Below are positions 18,936-28,654 of a stretch of DNA of 64,000 nucleotides, one piece after another (position 1 is the first letter of the stretch; every line of letters begins with the position of its first letter). Source of the stretch: an uncultured Clostridia bacterium. GTDB lineage: Bacteria > Bacillota > Clostridia > Oscillospirales > Ruminococcaceae. The notes under the pieces were generated by a model. It had not been told where the DNA came from, searched no databases, and saw only the letters and a program-made list of their open reading frames with translations. Location of the stretch: assembly GCA_947307175.1 (NCBI GenBank), contig CAMZIK010000001.1:21220-85219 (forward strand), given 5' to 3'. The position numbers were made by a program, and so were the translations under genes.

Positions 18936-19364
18936 TTACTTATTTTCATCAAGCAGCTTCTCCATCGTGTTCCAGCTCAGAAGCGCACATTTTACTCTTG
19001 CAGGCATTTTTGAAACGTGCTGCAAAGCGCCTGCTTCCTCCAGTTCTTCAAGCTCATCATCGGTTATCTCACCGCTTATCATCTTTCTGAAAAGCTCCGT
19101 GTAATGCCTTGCCTCATCGAGAGTCTTTCCTATGATAAGCTCCAGCATGATGTCCGAGCTTGCCTGCGAGATCGCACACCCAAGCCCTGTGAATGAGCCG
19201 TTTGTGATAACGCCGTCGTGTATGTCCAGATGCAGCTCTATATTGTCGCCGCAGGTCGGGTTCAGTCCCTTGCAGCAATGCGTTGCGCAGGGCAGCTCAT
19301 GCCTGTGCAAAGGGTGCAGATTGTGGTCGGCAAGCACCTCGCCGTAAAAGCTGTCAGTCGTCAT
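18936..19364 (-). CDS. sufU: SufU sulfur-transfer/scaffold protein
   Basis: NPTCGD, GCAISQAS and RVKCA. Confidence 0.93.
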   Translation of the reverse strand: MTTDSFYGEVLADHNLHPLHRHELPCATHCCKGLNPTCGDNIELHLDIHDGVITNGSFTGLGCAISQASSDIMLELIIGKTLDEARHYTELFRKMISGEITDDELEELEEAGALQHVSKMPARVKCALLSWNTMEKLLDENK

Positions 19365-20577
19365 AGCCCATTCTCCTTCTTATCGAACCGAGCGTTCCGA
19401 TGAAGCGCTCTATGTCCTTTTCGTCATTATAAAATGCAAGGCTCATTCTTGCTGTTGACTGCACCTCAAGGAACTGATGCAGCGGCTGTGCGCAGTGATG
19501 TCCTGCACGAATATCTACTCCGTCAGCATCGAATATCGCTGCGATGTCGTGCGGGTGAACGCCGTCAACCGTGAATGTCAGTATCCCGTGGTGATCGGTG
19601 GGGTCATCAGCACCTATGATGTTCACGTGCGGAACTTTTTTCATCTCGCTGAAAGCCAGAGCCGTCAGCTCGTCCTCACGCTTTTGTATCGCATCAAAAC
19701 CAAGCTCTGTGATGTAATCTATCGCAGCCGCAAGTCCGACAGCACCGCCAACGTTGACCGTTCCTGCCTCAAATTTGTGCGGAAGCTCTGCATATGTCGC
19801 ATCTTCACGTGTGACGTATTCTATCATCTCACCGCCCGAAAGGAACGGCGGCATTTTTTCGAGCAGAGCCTGCTTTGCATAAAGCACTCCTATGCCCATC
19901 GGCGCAAGCATCTTGTGACCCGAAAAAGCCAGAAAATCAACATCAAGCTCCTGTACATCAACAGGGATATGCGGAACGCTCTGCGCACCGTCACAAACTA
20001 TCAGCGTGCCGTTTTCGTGAGCGATCTGTGCAAATTCCTTTATCGGATTGAGCCTGCCGAATACGTTTGAGATCTGTGCGATCGCAAACAGCTTTGTTTT
20101 TGGTGTGAGTGCTTTTCTGAGCGCATCAGCGGTGTATTTTCCCGTCCTGTCACATTCAAGGAAATTAAGCTTTGCACCCTTTTGTTTACACAGTATCTGC
20201 CATGGCAGAAGGTCAGAGTGATGCTCTGAAACTGCGACAAGTATATCGTCGCCTTCGCTTATGTTTGCCTGTCCCCAGCTGAAAGCGATAAGGTTAAGGC
20301 TCTCAGTTGCGTTGCGTGTAAAAATAATCTCCTTTGTGCTTTTTGCACCGATAAATCTCCTTACGCTCTCCCTTGCATTTTCGTAAGCCTCTGTTGCCTT
20401 GACGCTCAGGTCGTAAAGCCCACGCAGGGGATTAGCATTTTCCTCGTTGTAGTATTTCACCGCAGCGTCTATCACCCGTTTTGGCTTTTGCTGCGTAGCG
20501 GAGTTGTCAAGATAAACAAGCTCCTTGTATTTATCAAACACGGGGAAATTCTCTTTCCCCAGCAGTTTTTCATTCAT
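19354..20577 (-). CDS. sufS: Cysteine desulfurase SufS
   Basis: YLDNSATQQKP, FSGHKM and RAGHHCAQP. Confidence 0.95.
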   Translation of the reverse strand: MNEKLLGKENFPVFDKYKELVYLDNSATQQKPKRVIDAAVKYYNEENANPLRGLYDLSVKATEAYENARESVRRFIGAKSTKEIIFTRNATESLNLIAFSWGQANISEGDDILVAVSEHHSDLLPWQILCKQKGAKLNFLECDRTGKYTADALRKALTPKTKLFAIAQISNVFGRLNPIKEFAQIAHENGTLIVCDGAQSVPHIPVDVQELDVDFLAFSGHKMLAPMGIGVLYAKQALLEKMPPFLSGGEMIEYVTREDATYAELPHKFEAGTVNVGGAVGLAAAIDYITELGFDAIQKREDELTALAFSEMKKVPHVNIIGADDPTDHHGILTFTVDGVHPHDIAAIFDADGVDIRAGHHCAQPLHQFLEVQSTARMSLAFYNDEKDIERFIGTLGSIRRRMGYDD

Positions 20578-21451
20578 CTTCGTTACCTCTTCCGAGCTTT
20601 GCGTTTATGTTTTTCTGCGTGTCCTCGTCGCCGATAGTATTTATTATCTGCGCGATCTTCGACTGTGCCATGAGATCAAGTACCTTTTCTTCCGGCAGAC
20701 CTCTTGACTGCATATAGAAAATATGCGCCTCGTCAACACGCCCGATAGATGCACCGTGACTGCCCTCAACGTCTTCCTCTGCACAGAGGATAAGCGGAAC
20801 AGTCTTGTTTATCACCTTGTCGCCGATCAGCAGAACGTCCTCGTTTTCTGAGCCGACTGCGCCCACCGAGCCGTTCACAAAGTCGATAGTACCTTTGAAA
20901 AGCTTGCTTGAACAGCCGTCCATAACGCCCTTTGCAGTGATGCTCGACTTTGTCTTCCTGCCGAGATGCCTTGCGATAAGGTTTATATCCAGCTTGTCAT
21001 CACCTGCGAGCAGATAGCCGATGTTCGCCGTGAACTCAGCCTTTCTTCCCGAAAGCTCTGTGTCTATCTCACTTACCGTATCGCCTGTTCCGAGATACAG
21101 CTGTACAAGCTCGAACTTTGCACTGTCCGAAAGCTTTGCATTCACGCTTGCGACAGTCTGCGCCTTGCCTTCAAAAACCTGCACCAGCTTTACCGCCGAG
21201 CTTTCCCCGACCTCAACGCCTGTCCTGATCTGAGCGCTTTTTTCAGAGTTTATGTACATCACAGCGAGCCTGTTCTCTCCGCCCTGTGCGCTTATCTCAA
21301 AAGCGGAACTGTCTGAAACATCAATTATGTTTCTGTCCCCGCCGAGAGAGACAGTCTCTTGCTCAAACGCATCAAGCTCTCTTTGTGTATCGTTTACTCC
21401 CAGCCACGAATAAGTCGGAACAGGGAGCGTGTTCAGTTTTACATTACTCAT
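20570..21451 (-). CDS. sufD: SufD Fe-S assembly protein
   Basis: Beta-helix SufBD domain, EEDVEGSHGASIG and FYMQSRG. Confidence 0.88.
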   Translation of the reverse strand: MSNVKLNTLPVPTYSWLGVNDTQRELDAFEQETVSLGGDRNIIDVSDSSAFEISAQGGENRLAVMYINSEKSAQIRTGVEVGESSAVKLVQVFEGKAQTVASVNAKLSDSAKFELVQLYLGTGDTVSEIDTELSGRKAEFTANIGYLLAGDDKLDINLIARHLGRKTKSSITAKGVMDGCSSKLFKGTIDFVNGSVGAVGSENEDVLLIGDKVINKTVPLILCAEEDVEGSHGASIGRVDEAHIFYMQSRGLPEEKVLDLMAQSKIAQIINTIGDEDTQKNINAKLGRGNEDE

Positions 21452-21456
21452 TTAAC

Positions 21457-22866
21457 TCACCCTATGCTTCCGTGCATTTCAAGTCCGATAAGATTGTTCA
21501 TCTCCATCGCATATTCAAGCGGAAGCTCCTTAGAAACATTATCAGCAAAGCCTCTTACTATCATCGCCCTTGCTTCCTGCTCGCTGATGCCTCTGCTCAT
21601 CAGATAGAACACCGATTCATCGCTTATCCTGCCTATCTTTGCCTCGTGTCCTATGTCTGCATACTTGGTCCTTATGTCCATAGCAGGTATCGTGTCAGAG
21701 CGTGATATGCGGTCAAGCATCAACGATTCGCAGTTGACCGAGCTTTTGCTTCCGACAGCGTTTTCCTTTACGACCACAGCGCTCCTGAAAGTGCTTATGC
21801 CGCCAGATTTGCTGATAGATTTTGTGTTCATATATGACGATGTGTTCGGCGCATTGTGAACTATCTTTGCACCTGTGTCAAGGTTCTGCCCTTCGCCCGC
21901 AAAGGTTATTCCCGTGAACTCTGCTCTTGCTCCCTCGCCGTTCAGAATGCTCATTGGATACAGATACGAAACGTGTGAGCCGAAGCTTCCCGATACCCAT
22001 TCAACTTTGCCGCCCTGCGCAACGAGCGCACGCTTTGTGTTGAGGTTGTACATATTCTTTGACCAGTTCTCGATAGTCGAATATCTCAGCGTTGCATTCT
22101 TTCCCACGAACAGCTCAACGCATCCTGCATGAAGTCCTGCCTCATAGTATTTCGGAGCAGAGCAGCCCTCTATAAAGTGCAGATAAGAGTCTTCTTCAAG
22201 TATTATCAGCGTATGCTCGAACTGTCCCGCACCCTTTGCGTTGAGCCTGAAATACGACTGCAAAGGTATCTCAAGTTTTACACCCTTTGGTACATAAACA
22301 AACGAACCGCCCGACCATACCGCACCGTGCAGCGCCGCAAACTTGTGGTCTGTCGGCGGAACGAGCTTCATAAAGTGCGACTTTATTATCTCCGAATACT
22401 TTTCATCGTGCATCGCACTTTCAAGGTCGGTGTAAACAACGCCCGACTGTGCGACCTCTTTTCTGACATTGTGATATACAAGCTCGCTGTCATACTGTGC
22501 GCCCACACCGGCAAGGGATTCTCTTTCTGCCTGCGGTATGCCCAGGTTCTCAAACGTCTTTTTTATGTCATCGGGAACGTCGTTCCAGTCTGTGTTCATA
22601 CGGCTTTTCTGCCTGATGTATGTAACTATCTTGTCCACATCAAGTTCGTCTATCGAAGGACCCCATTCCACCATTTTTGTCTTGTTGTAAATCTCAAGGG
22701 AGTGCTGCCTGAAAGCTCTCATCCAGTCCGGGTCGTTCTTTTCGGTGGACAGCTCATCAAGTATCTCTGCGGTAAGACCGCTTCCGAGGAAGTCCTTTTC
22801 GTCCTCCTCAAATCTGAAATCATAGCGTGAACGGTCAATATCCGCAACTGTTGTTTTTTCTTTCAT
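21457..22866 (-). CDS. sufB: SufB Fe-S assembly protein
   Basis: GAQYDSE, WSGGSF, GQFEHTLI, EGCSAP and HEAKIG. ATG at 22866. Confidence 0.95.
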   Translation of the reverse strand: MKEKTTVADIDRSRYDFRFEEDEKDFLGSGLTAEILDELSTEKNDPDWMRAFRQHSLEIYNKTKMVEWGPSIDELDVDKIVTYIRQKSRMNTDWNDVPDDIKKTFENLGIPQAERESLAGVGAQYDSELVYHNVRKEVAQSGVVYTDLESAMHDEKYSEIIKSHFMKLVPPTDHKFAALHGAVWSGGSFVYVPKGVKLEIPLQSYFRLNAKGAGQFEHTLIILEEDSYLHFIEGCSAPKYYEAGLHAGCVELFVGKNATLRYSTIENWSKNMYNLNTKRALVAQGGKVEWVSGSFGSHVSYLYPMSILNGEGARAEFTGITFAGEGQNLDTGAKIVHNAPNTSSYMNTKSISKSGGISTFRSAVVVKENAVGSKSSVNCESLMLDRISRSDTIPAMDIRTKYADIGHEAKIGRISDESVFYLMSRGISEQEARAMIVRGFADNVSKELPLEYAMEMNNLIGLEMHGSIG

Positions 22867-22870
22867 CTGC

Positions 22871-23614
22871 TCACTTCCCGATATATTTGTCAAATCCGTC
22901 TGCTATCACATCTGCGACAAGCTCTGCATCACCGTGTGCGACTATCTGTCCTGCTGAGAGGATATGCGTTTTATCAACTGTCAGTGCTTCGAGGATCCTT
23001 GTGTTGTGCGTTATCACAAAAATAGTTCCGCCCGTGCGTTTTTTGTATTCATTAATGCCCTTTGAAACTGTCTTTACTGCGTCAACATCAAGTCCTGAGT
23101 CTGTCTCGTCAAGTATTGCCAGCTTTGGTTCGAGCATCAGCAGCTGGAGTATCTCCGCTTTCTTTTTTTCGCCGCCAGAAAAACCGACATTCAGATCTCT
23201 GTCAGCGTAAGCGCTGTCCATATTCAGAAGCTCCATAGCAGCTTTGAGTTTCTTTTTGAAATCCCAAAGCTTCATATGCTTGCCCGTGATCTGTTCCAGC
23301 GAGTTGCGCAGAAACTCCGAAAGTGTTATACCTGGTATCTCGACAGGGTTCTGGAACGACAGAAAAATGCCTCTCTTTGCCCTTTCGTATGCCGATTCGT
23401 TTGTGATGTCCTCTCCGTCAAAAAATATCTTTCCGCCTGTGACAGCGTATTCCGGACTTCCCATGACCGTCAGACCGAGAGTTGATTTTCCCGCACCGTT
23501 TGGTCCCATCAGAACGTGTGTCCCACCGCTTTCCAGATCAAGCGATATACCGTGGAGCAGCTCTTTTTCCTCTGCACTCACCGAAAGATCTTTTATGCTG
23601 AGTAATACTGACAT
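22871..23614 (-). CDS. sufC: SufC ATPase
   Basis: MGPNGAGKST, FSGGEKKK and ILDETDSGLDVDA. Confidence 0.95.
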   Translation of the reverse strand: MSVLLSIKDLSVSAEEKELLHGISLDLESGGTHVLMGPNGAGKSTLGLTVMGSPEYAVTGGKIFFDGEDITNESAYERAKRGIFLSFQNPVEIPGITLSEFLRNSLEQITGKHMKLWDFKKKLKAAMELLNMDSAYADRDLNVGFSGGEKKKAEILQLLMLEPKLAILDETDSGLDVDAVKTVSKGINEYKKRTGGTIFVITHNTRILEALTVDKTHILSAGQIVAHGDAELVADVIADGFDKYIGK

Positions 23615-23625
23615 TTTTTATCCTC

Positions 23626-24375
23626 CTAAATATGCATAGCATCATATGTATTGATATATTGCAGCGTCGGAATGAACACCGCATCATGCCTCTGACCTTC
23701 AAATACCCTTTCTCCTGCCTTGAAGACCAGCAGCTGAGCTGTCGGAACATCTTCCCAATGGGTATCGTCAAGCGCCGTTGTCGCAAAAACATATCCCGAA
23801 CCGTACCTGCGGTATTTCATCGTCTGCTTCATGTTCTTGTGAACGTATAGAAGTTCACCGTCAAAGATCATAAGATTGAGCTTGTTTCTCGGCGATAGCT
23901 CCCTGACGAGCCTGTCGATAAGCTCGCATCGCTTTTGTTCGTCAAGACCGCCCTGCTCCTGCGCCTCGTCCAGCAGCTGCATCAGATACAGAAACAGCCT
24001 TTCTGAGTCCGTGCCGCCTGACTGCTGACTCATAAAAGGTATCAGCCTGCTTGCCGAGTAGATCGTGCCGTTATGTATCAGCGTCCAAGTCCGACCCGTG
24101 ATGTCTTGTGAACGGAAGGGGTGGCAGTTCTCGTCTTTGATCGTGCCTACCGTGGCAAATCGTATGTGCCCCAGAAAGTCCTTCTGCGGCTCCAGCTTTT
24201 CGATCAGTCCCGAAAGCCTGTCGCTGAGGTCTGCTCTCTCGCAGCTTTTGTATATCTTGTCGCCGTCCATAAGTCCCCAGCCGTGAGGGTTGTCTTTCCC
24301 GTGGGAAAAGAACTCACGCACAAGCGGTTTTATATCCGTCGGCTCTTTGCTTGAAAAGCCCAGCAGTTCACACAT
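23626..24375 (-). CDS. Class II glutamine amidotransferase (YafJ/EgtC/Dug3-like)
   Basis: N-terminal MCEL nucleophile, NPHGWG, HIRFAT, NCHPF, HNGT and TDSE. Ends YDAMHI. Confidence 0.88.
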   Translation of the reverse strand: MCELLGFSSKEPTDIKPLVREFFSHGKDNPHGWGLMDGDKIYKSCERADLSDRLSGLIEKLEPQKDFLGHIRFATVGTIKDENCHPFRSQDITGRTWTLIHNGTIYSASRLIPFMSQQSGGTDSERLFLYLMQLLDEAQEQGGLDEQKRCELIDRLVRELSPRNKLNLMIFDGELLYVHKNMKQTMKYRRYGSGYVFATTALDDTHWEDVPTAQLLVFKAGERVFEGQRHDAVFIPTLQYINTYDAMHI

Positions 24376-24573
24376 CTCATCACCTTCTTAACAGCGGATA
24401 CCGTTCTTATCGTTTCATGTTTTATCCTGAACGCTCCTTTGATCTTTCCATTCATAATATCATGACCCTTGCCGCTGAGAACGCTTTGTATCCTTGACTA
24501 TTAATATAGTGTACAGCGCCCGTGTATACTGACGGCAGGGATATTTCCTATAACTTTACTATGGAATAGATAA

Positions 24574-24727
24574 ATTGTATCACACAAATCCTACTATGTC
24601 AATATGAATAGCAGGATTTAATAGTTTGTTTATGCTTTTTATCAAATCCTACAATAGTGGTAGGACAATAGTGTTTTTTCTTTGTGGAATATTTCCTATT
24701 GACTTTATAGGAATTATGCTGTATAAT
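24574..24727. promoter_or_regulatory. Divergent sigma70 promoters (GATase-suf and metY-cysK) with Rrf2-type boxes TCCTAY-N7-RTAGGA
   Basis: Minus promoter TTGACA(24602-24597)-17-TACAAT; plus promoter TTGACT(24699)-17-TATAAT(24722). Boxes at 24589-24607 (one mismatch), 24647-24665 and 24694-24712 (both perfect). Confidence 0.82.
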
Positions 24728-24850
24728 CATATTAAACCGATAGGAAATAGGAGCTGCCGCAGAACAGTAAGCTTCAAATCAAAAAGCTGTATGAAACTTC
24801 GGCGGAATAAAAGAAAACACAATACCATATTATAAAAAGGAAGTGCTGAT

Positions 24851-24916
24851 ATGACAATACGTTTTACAGAGCTTGACCGCAGTAACTACCGATTCGGACG
24901 AATGTTTGTCTGTTGA
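24851..24916 (+). CDS. Putative 21-aa leader peptide MTIRFTELDRSNYRFGRMFVC
   Basis: RBS AAAGGAAG upstream; lies in the metY leader; ends Met-Phe-Val-Cys. Confidence 0.45.
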   Translation: MTIRFTELDRSNYRFGRMFVC

Positions 24917-24976
24917 AGCTTGATAATAAGAAACCACCACAACAATAAACATTTGATTTGAAAAGGAGTAAATACT

Positions 24977-26257
24977 ATGAGCAACTATAAATTTGAAACC
25001 TTACAGCTTCACGTAGGACAGGAGCAGGCAGACCCTGCAACAGATTCAAGAGCAGTACCTATCTACCAGACAACATCTTATGTCTTCCACAATTCCGAGC
25101 ATGCAGCAGCACGCTTTGGTCTTGCAGACGCAGGAAACATCTACGGCAGACTTACCAACTCCACACAGGACGTTCTCGAAAAGAGAGTAGCAGCCCTTGA
25201 AGGCGGCGTTGCAGCTCTTGCAGTAGCATCAGGCGCAGCAGCTATCAGCTATGCTATCGAGGCTCTCGCAGGCAAGGGCGAGCATATCGTTGCACAGAAA
25301 ACTATCTACGGCGGCAGCTTCAACCTGCTCGCACATACACTTCCTCTCTACGGCATCGAAACAACATTTGTTGATATACATAACCTTGACGAAGTAAAGG
25401 CAGCTGTCAAGCCGAACACAAAGGCAATCTTCATCGAAACACTCGGCAACCCAGGCAGCGACATTCCTGACATCGAGGCACTGGCTGAGATAGCACATTC
25501 AAATGGTATCCCGCTTGTTATCGACAACACATTCGGTACACCTTACCTTATCAAGCCTATCGAGCTTGGCGCTGACATCGTTGTTCATTCTGCGACCAAG
25601 TTCCTCGGCGGACACGGAACAACTCTCGGCGGCGTTATCATTGATTCTGGCAAGTTCAACTGGACACCTGAGAAGTTCCCGAACATCGCAGCACCAAACC
25701 CAAGCTATCACGGCGTTTCATTTACCGCCGCAGCAGGTGCAGCAGCTTATGTGACCTACATCAGAGCTATCCTTCTGCGAGACACAGGCGCAGCGATCTC
25801 TCCGTTCAATGCGTTCCTGCTGCTTCAGGGCATCGAGACACTGTCACTCAGACTTGAAAGACACGCAGAAAATACAAAGAAAGTTGTTGAATACCTCTCA
25901 AAACACCCATTGGTAGAAAAGGTGAACCACCCGTCGCTGCCTGACCACCCACAGCACGACCTCTATGAAAAATACTTCAAGAACGGCGGCGGCTCGATCT
26001 TCACCTTTGACATCAAGGGCGGCAAAGAAGAAGCATGGAAGTTCATCGATGCACTCAAGATCTTCTCGCTTCTCGCAAACGTAGCAGACGTTAAGTCGCT
26101 CGTTATCCACCCTGCATCAACAACACATTCACAGCTTTCCGATGAGGAGCTGACCGATACCGGCATCAACCAGAACACAATCAGACTTTCAATAGGCACA
26201 GAGCATATCGACGATATTATTGCAGACCTTGAAAACGGTTTTGCAGCTATCAAATAA
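24977..26257 (+). CDS. metY: O-acetylhomoserine sulfhydrylase
   Basis: [26 protein letters not shown] and [19 protein letters not shown]. Confidence 0.93.
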   Translation: MSNYKFETLQLHVGQEQADPATDSRAVPIYQTTSYVFHNSEHAAARFGLADAGNIYGRLTNSTQDVLEKRVAALEGGVAALAVASGAAAISYAIEALAGKGEHIVAQKTIYGGSFNLLAHTLPLYGIETTFVDIHNLDEVKAAVKPNTKAIFIETLGNPGSDIPDIEALAEIAHSNGIPLVIDNTFGTPYLIKPIELGADIVVHSATKFLGGHGTTLGGVIIDSGKFNWTPEKFPNIAAPNPSYHGVSFTAAAGAAAYVTYIRAILLRDTGAAISPFNAFLLLQGIETLSLRLERHAENTKKVVEYLSKHPLVEKVNHPSLPDHPQHDLYEKYFKNGGGSIFTFDIKGGKEEAWKFIDALKIFSLLANVADVKSLVIHPASTTHSQLSDEELTDTGINQNTIRLSIGTEHIDDIIADLENGFAAIK

Positions 26258-26273
26258 AAAAGGAGAGATAACT

Positions 26274-27206
26274 ATGGCTAACATCTATAAGGGAACACTC
26301 GGACTCATCGGAAATACTCCTCTCGTTGAGATCGTAAACGTTGAAAAGGAGCTTTCGCTGGAAGCAACAGTCCTGGCAAAGCTTGAATATTTCAATCCCG
26401 CAGGAAGCGTAAAGGACAGGATAGCAAAGGCTATGATAGAAAAGGCAGAGCAGAACGGTCTGCTCAAAGAAGGCTCTGTTATCATTGAGCCTACATCAGG
26501 CAACACAGGTATCGGTCTTGCTTCTATCGCAGCAGCAAAGGGCTACCGCATAATCATCACAATGCCTGAGACCATGAGCGTTGAGCGCAGAAATATCCTT
26601 CGTTCCTATGGCGCAGAGATCGTCCTCACCGACGGCTCAAAGGGAATGAAGGGAGCTATCGCAAAGGCTGAGGAGCTTTCCAAGGAGATAGAGAACAGCT
26701 TTATCCCAGGACAGTTTATAAATCCTGCAAACCCTGAGATACACAAGGCTACCACAGGTCCTGAGATCTGGAACGACACCGACGGAAATGTAGACATCTT
26801 CATCGCAGGTGTCGGCACAGGCGGAACAGTAAGCGGCGTGGGCGCATTCCTCAAGGAGAAGAATCCAAATGTCAAGGTCGTAGCCGTTGAGCCTGAAAGC
26901 TCACCAGTTCTTTCAAAGGGTACAGCTGGCTCGCATAAGATCCAGGGTATCGGCGCAGGCTTTGTTCCTGATGTACTTGATACCAATATCTACGATGAAG
27001 TGCTTCCTGTTGCAAATGATGATGCTTTTGCAAAAGCAAAGCTGCTTGCAAAGAAAGAGGGCATCTCAGTAGGTATCTCCTCAGGTGCAGCTCTGCACGC
27101 AGCTATCGTGCTTGCACAGCGTCCTGAGAACAAGGGCAAGACTATCGTAGCACTGCTGCCTGACAGCGGAGACAGATATTATTCAACAGCACTTTTCACA
27201 GAATAA
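26274..27206 (+). CDS. cysK: Cysteine synthase A
   Basis: [24 protein letters not shown] and [13 protein letters not shown] at 26274. Confidence 0.95.
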   Translation: MANIYKGTLGLIGNTPLVEIVNVEKELSLEATVLAKLEYFNPAGSVKDRIAKAMIEKAEQNGLLKEGSVIIEPTSGNTGIGLASIAAAKGYRIIITMPETMSVERRNILRSYGAEIVLTDGSKGMKGAIAKAEELSKEIENSFIPGQFINPANPEIHKATTGPEIWNDTDGNVDIFIAGVGTGGTVSGVGAFLKEKNPNVKVVAVEPESSPVLSKGTAGSHKIQGIGAGFVPDVLDTNIYDEVLPVANDDAFAKAKLLAKKEGISVGISSGAALHAAIVLAQRPENKGKTIVALLPDSGDRYYSTALFTE

Positions 27207-27215
27207 GCCATAGAA

Positions 27216-27253
27216 AAAAGCGGAATGTCGGTCAACACCGATGTTCCGCTTTT
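27216..27253 (+). terminator. Terminator after cysK
   Basis: AAAAGCGGAATGTCGGT...ACCGATGTTCCGCTTTT. It is followed by a TTGACA-17-TATACT promoter for the next gene. Confidence 0.75.
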
Positions 27254-27313
27254 AACTTGACAAAACAGATAGAAAAGGTTATACTTAGAAAAACAAGGGA
27301 AGGACTGATTTGC

Positions 27314-27736
27314 TTGAAGATATCTACCAAAGGGCGTTATGCCCTGCGCCTTATGCTCGATCTTGCACTGTGCGAAAAGGATAAATATATCGCACTTAAA
27401 GATATAGCTGAAAGACAGCAGATAAGCGTCAAATATCTTGAACAGATAATCTCCGTGCTCGGTCATGCAGGCTATGTCCGCAGCGTCAGGGGCACAGGCG
27501 GAGGTTATATGCTGGCAAAAGAGCCAAAGGACTATACCGTAGGTATGATACTGCGTCTAACCGAAGGAAGCCTTGCTCCCGTTTCCTGCCTTGAAAACGA
27601 AACCAATACCTGCCCCAGAGCCGATCAGTGTGTTACCCTTTCCGTCTGGGAAAAGCTCTATGATGCGATAAACGGTGTCGTTGACAGTATAACGCTTGAA
27701 GATCTGGTGAAGGAAACAAAAGCAAAGCAAAAATAA
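27314..27736 (+). CDS. Rrf2-family regulator, IscR-like (Cys triad retained)
   Basis: TTG start; KISTKGRYALR wHTH; SCLENETNTCPRADQC provides three Cys. No Ile tail. Confidence 0.88.
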   Translation: MKISTKGRYALRLMLDLALCEKDKYIALKDIAERQQISVKYLEQIISVLGHAGYVRSVRGTGGGYMLAKEPKDYTVGMILRLTEGSLAPVSCLENETNTCPRADQCVTLSVWEKLYDAINGVVDSITLEDLVKETKAKQK

Positions 27737-27793
27737 GCTGCAAATATCAAAACTAAAAGCTGCACTCTCCGTCTTGGAGAAATGCAGCTTTTT

Positions 27794-28654
27794 TCATTTT
27801 ATCAGGTTTTGCACAGCGTCGTGGATCCTGTGGGCTATGAAAGAATTGTTCATCGTGTAAAGATGTATCCCTGCCACGCCCTGTGCGATAAGGTCTGTGA
27901 TCTGATCGACAGCATAAGCGATGCCTGCGTCACGCAGAGCCTCCTCGTCATCACCGTATCTGTCAAGTATCTTCACGAACTTGTCAGGCAGCTGAACACC
28001 GCACAGCTTGACCATGCGCTCTATCTGCCTCTTGTTCGTCACAGGCATAATACCCGCTTCGATAGGAACATCTATCCCTGCAAGCTGAGTCTTTTCATAG
28101 AAATCATAGAAGAATCTGTTGTCAAGAAACAGCTGAGTTATCAGGTGGTCAACACCGCAGTCAACTTTGTGTCTGAGCCGCTTGATGTCGTCAACCACAT
28201 CTTTGCTCTCAGGGTGAGTTTCGGGGTAGCACGCAGCGATAACATTAAGGTCGTAGTTTCCCTTGATGAACGAAACAAGCTCGTCTGCGTGGCGGAAATC
28301 ACCGCACACGCAGCTTTCCTCGGGAATGTCTCCCCTGAGGGCGAGAACATTCTCAATGCCGCTGAGCTTTATGTTGTCGAGTATCTCTCCAGCCTGCTCC
28401 TTTGTCAGACCTATGCAGGGTAGGTGAGCTACGCTGTCAATGCCGTATTCGTTTTCTATCTTTGATGCTATCTTTATCGTCCTGCATCCGTTCTTTCCGC
28501 CGCCCGCACCGTAAGTTACGCTGATGAAATCGGGCTTAATGTCCGAGAGCTGTTCAAGAGTGTTGTATATAACGCTCTCGTCAGCATCAGGCTTTGGCGG
28601 AAACACCTCAAGCGAGAACACCGTCTTTTCCTTGAATTTATCAGCTGTTCTCAT
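27794..28654 (-). CDS. metF: 5,10-methylenetetrahydrofolate reductase
   Basis: SLEVFPPK, FISVTYGAG, ALRGD, ITQLF and HLYTMN. ATG at 28654. Confidence 0.93.
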   Translation of the reverse strand: MRTADKFKEKTVFSLEVFPPKPDADESVIYNTLEQLSDIKPDFISVTYGAGGGKNGCRTIKIASKIENEYGIDSVAHLPCIGLTKEQAGEILDNIKLSGIENVLALRGDIPEESCVCGDFRHADELVSFIKGNYDLNVIAACYPETHPESKDVVDDIKRLRHKVDCGVDHLITQLFLDNRFFYDFYEKTQLAGIDVPIEAGIMPVTNKRQIERMVKLCGVQLPDKFVKILDRYGDDEEALRDAGIAYAVDQITDLIAQGVAGIHLYTMNNSFIAHRIHDAVQNLIK

